From Haliotis rubra (lineage: Eukaryota): DNA of 64,000 bases. A program made the position numbers and the translations under genes. Shown here one piece after another: positions 37,114-48,916 of this stretch (its first letter is position 1; each line of letters starts with the position of its first letter). The stretch covers positions 1,984,001 to 2,048,000 of the forward strand of contig NW_025767723.1 in the NCBI RefSeq assembly GCF_003918875.1, read 5' to 3'. The notes below the pieces were generated by a model that was not told the DNA's origin, did no database searches, and saw only the letters and a list, made by a program, of their open reading frames with translations.

Positions 37114-37280
37114 TGGGGTGGTGGGGTAGCCTAATGGTTTGAGCGTTCGCTCGTCATCCCGAATACCCGGTTCATGGGTACAATGTGTTAAGCATATTTC
37201 TGGTGTCTCCCGCCGTGATATTGCTGGAATATTGGTAAAAGCGGCGTGAAACTAAACTCACTCACTCACTCGCTCACTCA
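37114..37280 (+). mobile_element. SINE family A
   Basis: Homology to other A copies; B-box partly deleted. Confidence 0.9.
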
Positions 37281-37308
37281 TTTAGTGACCAGTTCAAGTT
37301 GTGAAATA

Positions 37309-37438
37309 TACTCATGCCAATAATGGTTGTCACCCCCTTCATTTTTTTAAATTGAAGAGGAGGTGTGGGCTGGGTGTGTGAGGTGTGTGTGGGGTTGGGG
37401 TGTTTAGGGGGGGTTGACAACCATTATTGGCATGAGTA
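37309..37438. mobile_element. Tc1/mariner-type MITE
   Basis: Perfect 24-bp TIR tactcatgccaataatggttgtca with TA flanks. Confidence 0.9.
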
Positions 37439-37727
37439 TATAACGTTGAAACTGTCTCCTAACCATCGCCGAAATTTGCTGATAAGACCTTACAGACAGG
37501 TTGCATATTCACTTGACCTTACCTTAGAAAATATAGGCCGACAGCTAGTCTGTTCCCACACACTCGAGAGACAATTATGAAATGATCTTAGTTTGAATTA
37601 TCAAAGGAGCATTGTTAGTGGATCCATTTGTATTTTATTTCATATCTTGTAGATATATACTTCAATTAAAATATTTCTGGGTCTAAATGTTGGTCTAGCC
37701 TATAGCGGGCAGTAGGATAATGGTTTA

Positions 37728-37841
37728 GAGTGAGTGAGTGGGGGGTCTACGTCGCCTTTAGCAATATTCTAGCAACATCACGGCAGGGGACACCAGAAAT
37801 AGGCTTCACACATTGTACCCATGTGGGGAATCGAACCCGGG
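37728..37841 (-). mobile_element. SINE family A, 5'-truncated
   Basis: Homology to other A copies. Confidence 0.88.
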
Positions 37842-38599
37842 CTTAGAGACAGGTACGCAATACTTTCTAATAGATATGGGGTTATATTGAGACCACATGG
37901 CCTTAATCAGCCTTCATAGATGCACTAAAATCACACAATATTTGACGTGGTGTTACAGACAAGTCTCACTTTCAACAGACGCTCCCAGTATTTGTAGTGA
38001 GTTTCTTGTAAAACCACATCACGTTAAATTTGACCGGTTGTTTAGCACTCTGTGGCTATTTATCTTGGTTTCTTTAAGTTGGTTGAATAGGTATCGTTAA
38101 AGTTTACATTCTAAATGTTAAACCCTGAGCTGATGTTTGAACGCAGGACGCGAGTGTTGTCTGTCGCAGAGATGGCTAATAGCGCACGTCTTCTTTAATT
38201 ACGACACTCCTTGTTTCCGGTCACAGATGGGACACGGGCGGCCCTTCGACTCAGACGTCATAGGTTGTGCATTGTTACCTCCCTTAGTTACTCTACGATC
38301 AGCTGACATTGGCTCGAATAACGTACTGATCTGAGGATGTCAGCGCCAAGCCTGCGGGTTTCACCAAACTTGCAAACTTATGACATGTTCTCTACCCATT
38401 ACACTAACACTATGTGATATACTACTTAAGAGATGTTTTGAATAATGAGCTATGGTTGTAACACAGACGAATCTGGTGTTCCGTAACTTCTATTGAATAG
38501 TATACAACTGGAATACAGTGCAAGGCCTATGCATTCATTCTCCATTGTTGGTATTACCACTCTGTCGTGCAGATCATGAAACAAATATACCCAAGGATG

Positions 38600-38742
38600 C
38601 CCATGCAAGATTAGAATATGTGGCAAGTTTAGATTACCACAGTTTCTGAAAAATGATGGAGTCTCTGGACTGGTTTTTATCATATTTTATGAACATTTTT
38701 TTTTTTAAATATGCTAATTTCAGAGACTAGACGTTAGTGTAA
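38600..38742 (+). mobile_element. Diverged relative of MITE family C
   Basis: gcaagtttagatt..cacagtttctga and 3' ttcagagactagacgttagt. Confidence 0.45.
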
Positions 38743-39294
38743 TATTACAGATAAATGCGAATATTGTTTGACCTCACACACATACGCAGATGTTTATCAA
38801 ATTAATATATATTTGTCAGTTAAAAGTTGCCAAACAAAGTTGTTGGAGTGTAGGTCGGAAAGGGTTTTTTTTCCGCCGCCGTCTGTCAATACAAGGAGTG
38901 TTATTGGCACAGAGGTTAAAGGTCCCATCTAATATATATTAATCACACAGATTTCTAATTTCGCTCAAGGGTGAGATCGCTGTTTACACAAGGGCCTAAT
39001 ATACTCATACAATCAAGCGAAAATATGCGACAAATCTGCTTGTTATAGCGTCGGGGAGGTTATATTAACCTGAAAGAGTAATATAATGCTCTTAAAATTG
39101 TGTAAATTGTATGTAGTAAGCAATATTGGGCCAAGGAACCCTCTCTCCCGGGCAGTAGACTTTATACTTTGTCAGATTAGAAACGTTTATGAAGATAACA
39201 TTGGTATTGTTCCTTGAACGGCAGCCTAAGATATTATTCGATAAGAATATTTATTTGAAGCCCCTTTCATAATGATATTGCAATCTCAGAAAGC

Positions 39295-39452
39295 CGAGCG
39301 GAGGAGTAGCCCGGTAATTAAAGCTTCGCTCATCACACCGAAGACCCGGGTTCGATTCCCCACGTGGGTACAGTGTGTGAAGTCCATTTCTGGTGTCCCA
39401 AGTCGTGGTATAGGCTCAATATGGATAACAGCTTCATAAAACCATACCTACT
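39295..39452 (+). mobile_element. SINE family A, diverged
   Basis: TSD caatctcagaa. Confidence 0.88.
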
Positions 39453-40262
39453 CAATCTCAGAAGGCCTTGGTCAGCTGATGACGTTTTCCTACCATCGAC
39501 ATTTTGGTCACGTGGTCATTTGGTTATCAAAATCGTAATGAATGAACATTTCGTGGAATTATCAACTGTACGTGCATTTGATGCAAAATACATGATGTTT
39601 GCTTGCTCTCTTTAGGCAAAACCGAAAAAGTAATATGAATATCAGCAACAAATTCTCCCTTATACGAAATCCCTGCTGTATGTGCAGAACTCATTTTTAC
39701 GATGTTGACTATATCGTCAAATTATTGATCACTATCAAACAGTGAAGATGTCATGTGTTAGCGAAAAGGCAAGCCTATCCTGTCCCATCCTTTTTGTAAA
39801 GGATCAAAACCGACTCCGAGATTTGGTTTGAAGAAAGACTATGTTTCGACTGTGTTTCAACTGCAATGAAATTGGGGACGAATTTCACACGTTGTCCAAA
39901 TAATGTTAACAACCTTCATGTTGTATACGAAGAGGAGAGAGCTGAACCTTTTAGGAAAAGTGCCCAGATATATCCTGTTTTTACAAACCTTTATGATGTT
40001 TCAAAGTTTTACGTACTTTTTAGTGATTGTAATATTGTTTTACGCACTGCCAGAACCTGTAATCTTATCTTATCGAAACGACGTCACCTTTTATATTCCT
40101 AAAATTACTGTTTTACTTTTATGCCTGTTAGCAGCATTATATGCGTCTACATATGTACATATTATTCATATAGTGTATAATTAGCTATGTATTTACTAGT
40201 TTTTAGTCTCTCATAAATCACTAAGTGATTGGTTGTGTATTATATATTATAGTTATATTATT

Positions 40263-40478
40263 GTTTTGTTTGTTGCTGATTAACGCCACACTATATCCCA
40301 GCTATTTGGTGGCGGTCCGTAAATAATCGAGTCTGGGCCAGGCAATCCAGTGATCAACTGCATGAGCATCGAATTACGCAAGAGGGCTACGATGAAGTGT
40401 GTCAACCAAGTCAGCGAACCTGACCACCCGATCCCGTTAGTCGCCTCGCATGGGTTACTGAAGACCAATTCTAACCCG
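40263..40478 (-). mobile_element. Retroposon family B
   Basis: Homology to other B copies. Confidence 0.88.
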
Positions 40479-41214
40479 TTGATTTACTGTATCATGAGCA
40501 TGTGTTTATGAATCTCTATCAAAGTCAAAATTTGAATTGCATAAAGCATTTAATTATAGCCTATCATTGTTTTAAATTGCTGAAGGAAATTGACCGTCAC
40601 TCAATCATACACTTGTGACGACCGTGGCAATCGCCATTATGTAGATACCGCATCACCTGTTGTCTTTTGCATTGATGGACAGCAATATACACCTCGTTGA
40701 GATGACAGACATGACGAGGCACGAAATGTACACGTGTTGAGACATGAAATGAACTCCTCTTTCTGATAATAGATGATATAACTCACGACGGTGACGATGG
40801 GAACGTGACAGGGCGAGTGATATAGACGCCCTCAGTAATGACTGGCGGTGAAATATACACGCGACAAACACATTATGCCAATGGCGTGAATGAATTAAAT
40901 GTTAGATGAATAACGAGCCTTTTCCATGTTGTGACAATATAACTGTAACTGCTTTGTAAATAGTTCCAATGAATATATATGCACATATATATGGTGATCA
41001 GTTTCTTAAAATATACTATATGACAAAAATGACACGTTTTAACTGATGATATTGCAACTGAATGAAATAGATTTCACAGTGAAATAATCGACCTGATATC
41101 ATCTGCTTCCACTTCACACGAAACTATAAGGTGAAATGAATACGATCCTCAAAGAAAATAATCTCACCACTCTTGTCAAAAGAATAATATGAAGCATCCC
41201 CAAAATGAATTTCG

Positions 41215-41360
41215 GGTGTGGTTAAAGCGTCCGCTCATAACGCTGGAGACCAAGGTCCGATTCCCCACATGGATACAATGTGTGAGACCCGCCGTGATAT
41301 TGCTGGATTATTGCTTAACTCGTCATAAAACCATACTCACTCACTCACTCACTCACTCAT
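41215..41360 (+). mobile_element. SINE family A, degenerate
   Basis: Homology to other A copies; actc tail. Confidence 0.8.
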
Positions 41361-41645
41361 TGTTTCGATAGGCCAGAGTATATGTCAATATCTTTACAGT
41401 AGGCTCCCTTCGTATATATTCCTAAGAAGTATAAATATGCCCCTAACGTGTCCACTAACGAGAAACTGGTGGTTCCACTGCATGACTTGACGGACAATGC
41501 CATTCGATGTCTTTGAACGACTTTGATCGTTGCTCATGCTGTCACCCATTGTTTTTCGCGCTAAAGTCTGTAACCACTCACTTACTCACTCACTCACTCA
41601 CTCTTCAATGCTACATCACGTACTGTGGGATGTGTTCGTATTACC

Positions 41646-41800
41646 GTGAGTGAGTGAGTATGGTTTTACGCCGCTTTTATCAATATTCCAGCAATATCAC
41701 GGCGGGGGACACCAGAAATGGGCTTCACATATTGTACCCATGTGGGGATTGTTCTACTTGACGAGCAAACGCTTTACCCACTAGGATACCCCACCGCCCC
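41646..41800 (-). mobile_element. SINE family A
   Basis: TSD tcgtat(t/c)acc. Confidence 0.92.
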
Positions 41801-42571
41801 TCGTATCACCCTAATATGATAATTCGTAACATTTCTGAAACAGAAAATTGTACACGTTGAACTGTTTATGGCGACCCGCTGTATGAAATAGGCATGCCTG
41901 TGACACTTCAATGACAGCTGTCAATCAACTGCATGAAATGTGATGTCATCGCGAAGCAAAGATGATTATCACAATTTATAATTAACAGGTAGCATCACTC
42001 AAAAATGATATGACGGTGCTCTAAAACAACACCGTGGGGCATCTATTAGTCATCGGCGTCAGTCATCGCCATATCGTTGTTATCTATTTCTGACAAGGGG
42101 GTGACAACAGTTATCAGCACAGCCGGGATGTTCCAGTGATTGAGATTCACTCTGTCAGAGTTGGAGATAAATTGACTGATATATGCACTCGCAATTTATC
42201 ATGTTGACAGTTATATGATTCAGAAATATGTGCATTTGGCTTTTTCAACGTGTGTGTATATTATCCTTCGACTGTTTTACTGGCACAGCAAGCATAACAC
42301 TACAAGTGGCATGATTAGAATTGAATAAAAATAATCATTGCTATCAGTGTTTTGTTGAAAGGGTTCAAAATATAACGTTTCTTATTGTTCACAATGGAAG
42401 TGTATCGTGTGTTAAAGAAATGAAAACTGTAACCTGTCTGTTTCGTCGCAATACATGGTCAAAAGATTTTTTTACATACACGCCATAAAGATGACATAGC
42501 GCAATTGCACAAAAGAACCAGTCCATGTGACTCATTGCAGTATGGGGCATACGGCTGTGTGGAGGTAATCT

Positions 42572-42733
42572 GAGTGAGCGAGTGAGTGAGTGAGGTTTTC
42601 CGCAATATTCCAGCACTATTACGATGAGGGACACTAGAAATGGGCTTCACACATTTTACCCACGTGGGGAATCGAACACGTGGTTCCGGCGTGACGATCG
42701 AACGCTTTAACTACTATACCACCCCGCCGTCCC
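42572..42733 (-). mobile_element. SINE family A
   Basis: Homology to other A copies. Confidence 0.88.
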
Positions 42734-43023
42734 TCACGGTTAGTGGTTCGCGGTAATATGCTCTTTACGAAAGTTTGAGATTCTCGGTAATAACTGAAAA
42801 TGTCCAAAATTGTTAGAGATTAGGTTTTAGCAACAGCTTTATGGAAATAATAAACTGATCAGGAACACATTACAACTGGTAGTAAAGTGTGACTGGATCA
42901 CCGCCAAAGATCTTCAATTACGATAGGGGTAAGATGGTAAATCTTAATTTCTGATGCTCACAGAAAACATTAGCCTCTTGTTTGCAAATAATGTACCAGA
43001 TAGCATAGAAATAATGTATATAT

Positions 43024-43153
43024 CAGTCGCGGATCCAGAAGGGGCGGTGGTCGTGACGCCCCCTTCGAAACACGACTAAAGACCACAATGAAGACGGGAG
43101 GAGGGTTCGAACCCCTGAACACCCCCCTTTGAAAATTTCTGGATCCGCCTATG
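43024..43153. mobile_element. hAT-like MITE
   Basis: cagtcgcggatccagaa ... ttctggatccgcctatg TIRs within a (TA)n site. Confidence 0.75.
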
Positions 43154-43306
43154 TATATATACATGTCTACAGCTTCAAACAAATCTAGAAGATCTCTAGG
43201 TTGTCATTATAGACATCTGTATAAGTATATATATTATTACTCTGACTTGTCTATATCTTGTTTATGTAGTTTATAGAATATTGTCACTGTTTCTACATGG
43301 AACGTG

Positions 43307-43534
43307 ACCCGTGAAGATCCGGGTTAGAATGAACTTTCAGTAACCCATGCTTGTCGTAAGAGGCGACTAACGGGATCGGGTGGTCAGGTTCGCTGTCATC
43401 GGTTCCCAATTGCGCAGATCGATGCTCATGCTGTTGATCACTGGATTGTCTGGTCCAGACTCGATTATTTACAGACCGCAGCCATATAGCTGGAATATTG
43501 CTGAGCGCGGCGTAAAACTAAACTCACTCACTCA
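43307..43534 (+). mobile_element. Retroposon family B
   Basis: 13-bp TSD ctacatggaacgt. Confidence 0.95.
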
Positions 43535-43876
43535 CTACATGGAACGTTTGCGCAATAAATATCTTGTATCGTGTTTTGGATCAGTATCGTGTTACTTCCA
43601 TGATCAAACATTCATGCACTCAAAAGAAATATCATCTCTCGCCACCGATTAGAGGGATTCTGTCCAACTCGTGCCAAGCTCAGCCAATTTAGGTGGAAAC
43701 ACCCCGGAGGAGACGAATGGTGTACTGGGGACCAGAATTCCGTCCCAGAATTGCAATGGAACACAAGCAGGGTGTACTGGAGACATTATGTCACAGTACT
43801 CACGGAATACCAGTATGGTGTGTTTGGAACATTTTCTACCCCAGAACCTTCAGGAAAGACAAGAATTGTGTGTTAC

Positions 43877-44038
43877 GGACTGATTCTGCTCCAGAGTCTA
43901 CCGGGAAGACAAGCATGATGTATTAGGACCTTATTCTGCTCCAGAGTCTACCGGGAAGACAAGCATGATGTATTAGGAACTTATTCTGCTCCAGAGTCTA
44001 CCGGGAAGACAAGCATGGTGTACTGTGGACTTATTCTG
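43877..44038. repeat. 50-bp tandem repeat, ~3 copies
   Basis: ttattctgctccagagtctaccgggaagacaagcatgatgtattaggacc. Confidence 0.92.
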
Positions 44039-46142
44039 TTACGGAAATGCCACGGTCGGCGGTGTTGAAATATGCTGTTAAAAGGTTACTAAAAGTGTCA
44101 CTGATTGTGTTAATGTGGGACTGATCGTGTGTTTGGGGGGTAAAGGCAAAAACAGATAGCCTTGAGACTCCCCCTTGTCCTCATTTAGCATCTCTTGTTA
44201 AACAACGCTGTCCTTACTATTTGAAATGTGGGAGGAAATTTATTCATTTATTTAAACAAAACTAAACAAACCCCGCCATTTCCTGTCAAATGCACCGCAG
44301 ATTCGCACCGAATTAGCGGAGGGATTGCACACAGTTGCCGGGACTATTTGCAGTGCGTGGTAAAGTATACGCGGCGGCCGACAGCGGTAAACAGTTCGTG
44401 GCGCGGATAATTGGATTTAATAGGCTAACGCATGACAATATATGACTTTTAGACTTGGCCTTTAGGTGAACACACACGGACTATTTACAAGAATTTGCAC
44501 GTTTTGTCGAAAATGTCAGTAATTATTTATTCTTGTCAAATCCTGAAATGTATCTCGAAGTCCATTAAGTGCTTTGATGATGTCGGTACTCAATAGTGTG
44601 ATCGACAGCTATTGATTATAGTAAACCCTCGTTAGTACGGACGATAGCGTGGAGAGTCCGATGTCTTTGTGATTGCAGTAAACGCCAAAGCATGGCCTTT
44701 CTCGATTTACTGCCGAAACGTAAAGGGCAAATGCGAGGGGGAAATTATATAATTGAACCTCTGAAAATCAGCGATGACACAAAAAGTTCGCGAAACGGGT
44801 AAGCGTGTCCGGATGATTAATGACATTTGGTTAATCCTGCCCCCGGTTATGTGGACACTGCTGTACGGGTGCTTGCGGTACAACCTCGTTAGACCGGAAC
44901 TCCGGTAGTGTGAACAGTACCTTGCCCGGATGATCTCTGTTTAATGCAGACCAAAAGACTTGCTCAAAGTTTGATTTCCTCTTGAATTAGGTTAAATCGG
45001 CCCGTTCGACCCATTTTAACCATTCTGATGTACCCGTTCGAAAGGAAAACATGCCGTTGTAAGGAAAAATGTAGCTGTTATTTATTTGAGCAGTTCTATT
45101 AATACTCATACCATATCACATTAGTTATCCATAACTTTAGCAGCTTCACAAAATTTTGGTCAATCTGTCACAATCTGTTCTGTTAACCTAGCGCTATATA
45201 TAATGTACTGCTATTATATTTTCAAGTACCTATTCATTTCCACCTGAATGCACATTTGCCTGTAAATCGACTTTGTATATATTTGCGAATCGTGTTTATA
45301 CCAACCCGTTATGTAATGAACTGTATGACCTGGATGCATGGAGAATCAAAAAAACATTTATTAAAAAAACAAGCAAACAAACGCAAAAAAAAACCCAAAA
45401 CAACAACTTTAGCAGTTGTCTTGAAATATTGTGTATGTATAATATCCTATGTGATAGCTCATCTCATCATGTTGTCTATTTCATCTGGCTCAGTCTTGCT
45501 TATCCAACTCCGTATGAACACTGTTTCTTGTTTACCGAAAAAACATGGCTCGGCTTGCCAGTAAAATTTAAGTAGTCTGAAGTAGTACATTGATTGTGGC
45601 TACACTGATTATTTTGTCTTGTTAATCGTATCTGTTCCTGTAAACACTATTAAACATGGTTATTCACAAGACGGTCACCATTATTTCGTTTGGTTCACTG
45701 TCCCCGAGAAGGCGAGTGTATAAGCCAGGCCGCCATGCAGCAAAGGCAGCAGCTTTTGATGTGTGATGTGTCCAAGGTTGATAGTATCGGTACTATCTAT
45801 CTCCGCTGCAGATCGGCCATAAGAAGCAATATATACACCTATACGCATAGTGTGTGTGTGTGCGTGTGTGCGTGCATTTGCATATAATATTTGGCATATC
45901 TCTCACCGGTCATTCAAACAGCTGATTTTTTATTATGGATCCAGTCCTTTTGCATTTTTCTTTTCGTTTCGTTGTTGTTGTTGTTGGTGTTGTTGTTGTT
46001 TAAAACAGCACTCAGCAATGTTCCAGTTATATGGCGGATGAATTATATTTAACTTTAATGAAACCAGTTAAAAGTACAAGTAGCCTTCACCTTTGTATTT
46101 ATCGATCCTGCTTAACCTCACCCTCCCTCCCCTCTTCCCTCG

Positions 46143-48916
46143 ACCCCAACACAACACACGTTATACACTGACACACCTCCTGTAACGGTACACCTCACCC
46201 CAACATAACACACGTTATACACTGACACACCTCCTGTAACGATACAGACTGACTGACTGAGTTTGGTTTTACGCCACTTTTAGCAATATGCCTGCAACAT
46301 TCGGCGGGGGACACCAGAAATGGGCTTCACACATTGTTCCCATGTGGGGATTCGAACCCGGGTCTTCGGCGTGACGAGCCAACGCTTTAACCATTAGGCT
46401 ACCCCACCGACCCCCCTGTAACGATACACCTCACCTCAACACAACACACGTTATACACTGACACACCTCCTGTAACGGTACACCTCACCCCAACACAACA
46501 CACGTTATACACTGACACACCTCCTGTAACGGTACACCTCACCCCAACACAACACACGTTATACACTGACACACCTCCTGTAACGGTACAACTCACCTCA
46601 ACACAACACACGTTATACACTGACACACCTCCTGTAACGGTACACCTCACCCCAACATAACACACGTTATACACTGACACACCTCCTGTAACGGTACACC
46701 TCACCTCAACACACAACACACGTTATACACTGACACACCTCCTGTAACGATACACCTCACCTCAACACAACACACGTTATACACTGACACACCTCCTGTA
46801 ACGGTGCACCTCACCTCAACACAACACACGTTATACACTGACACACCTCCTGTAACGGTACACCTCACCTCAACACAACACACGTTATACACTGACACAC
46901 CTCCTGTAACGGTACACCTCACCCCAACACAACACACGTTATACACTGACACACCTCCTGTAACGGTACACCTCACCTCAACACAACACACGTTATACAC
47001 TGACACACCTCCTGTAACGGTACACCTCACCTCAACACAACACTCGTTATACACTGACACACCTCCTGTAACGATACACCTCACCTCAACACAACACACG
47101 TTATACACTGACACACCTCCTGTAACGGTACACCTCACCTCAACACAACACACGTTATACACTGACACACCTCCTGTAACGGTACACCTCACCCCAACAA
47201 CACACACGTTATACACTGATCCGCACCTCCTGTAACGGTACACCTCACCTCAACACAACACACGTTATACACTGACACACCTCCTGTAACGGTACACCTC
47301 ACCTCAACACAACACACGTTATACACTGACACACCTCTTTTAACGATACACCTCACCTCAACACAACACACGTTCTACACTGACAAACCTCCTGTAACGG
47401 TGCACCTCACCTCAACACAACACAAGTTATACACTGACACACCTCCTGTAACGGTACACCTCACCTCAACACAAAACACGTTATACACTGACACACCTCC
47501 TGTAACGGTACACCTCACCACAACACAACAAACGTTATACACTGACACACCTCCTGTAACGGTACACCTCACCGCAACACAACACACGTTATACACTGAC
47601 TCACCTCCTGTAACGGTACACCTCACCCCAACACAACACACGTTATACACTGACACACCTGCTGTAACGGTACACCTCACCTCAACACAACACACGTTAT
47701 ACACTGACACACCTCCTGTAACGGTACACCTCACCTTAACACAACACACGTTATACGCTGACACACCTCCTGTAACGGCACACCTCACCTTAACACAACA
47801 CACATTATACACTGATCGACACACCTCCTGTAACGGTACACCTCACCTCAACACAACACACGTTCTACACTGACACACCTCCTGTAACGGTACACCTCAC
47901 CTCAACACAACACACGTTATACACTGACACACCTCCTGTAACGGTACACCTCACCTCAACACAACACACGTTCTACACTGATCGACACACCTTCTGTAAC
48001 GGTACACCTCACCTCAACACAACACACGTTATACACTGATCGACACACCTCCTGTAACGGTACACCTCACCTCAACACAACACACGTTATACACTGACAC
48101 ACCTCCTGTAACGGTACACCTCACCTCAACACAACACACGTTCTACACTGATCGACACACCTTCTGTAACGGTACACCTCACCTCAACACAACACACGTT
48201 CTACACTGATCGACACACCTTCTGTAACGGTACACCTCACCTCAACACAACACACGTTCTACACTGATCGACACACCTCCTGTAACGGTACACCTCACCT
48301 CAACACAACACACGTTCTACACTGATCGACACACCTACTGTAACGGTACACCTCACCTCAACACAACACACGTTCTACACTGATCGACACACCTCCTGTA
48401 ACGGTACACCTCACCTCAACACAACACACGTTATACACTGACACACCTCCTGTAACGGTACACCTCACCACCTCAACACAACACACGTTCTACACTGATC
48501 GACACACCTCCTGTAACGGTACTCCTCACCTCAACACAACACACGTTCTACACTGATCGACACACCTCCTGTAACGGTACACCTCACCTCAACACAACAC
48601 ACGTTATACACTGACACACCTCCTGTAACGGTACACCTCACCTCAACACAACACACGTTCTACACTGATCGACACACCTCCTGTAACGGTACACCTCACC
48701 TCAACACAACACACGTTATACACTGACACACCTCCTGTAACGATACACCTCACCTCAACACAACACACGTTATACACTAATCGACACACCTCCTGTAACG
48801 ATACACCTCACCTCAACACAACACACGTTATACACTGATCGACACACCTCCTGTAACGGTACACCTCACCTCAACAGAACACACGTTATACACTGACACA
48901 CCTCCTGTAACGGTAC
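46143..48916. repeat. 54/58-bp minisatellite, roughly 47 units
   Basis: Unit acacaacacacgttatacactgacacacctcctgtaacggtacacctcacctca; +TCGA variant in the right part. Confidence 0.98.
46247..46414 (-). mobile_element. SINE family A inserted in the minisatellite
   Basis: 14-bp TSD cctgtaacgataca. Confidence 0.95.

Noticed and set aside
42141-42168. tgagattca resembling the miR-1175 seed
   Set aside because: The rest does not match the mature miRNA as I recall it, and there is no convincing precursor hairpin.
43380-43652. Recurring ORFs such as MLMLLITGLSGPDSIIYRPPPYSWNIAECG
   Set aside because: These are translations of the family B body and are not consistently open across copies.
46399-47873. 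Thr/His-rich and Cys/Val-rich repeat ORFs (mucin-like or metallothionein-like)
   Set aside because: They result from a 54-bp (18-codon) unit. Frames break at indels and 58-bp units, and there is no start or splice context.
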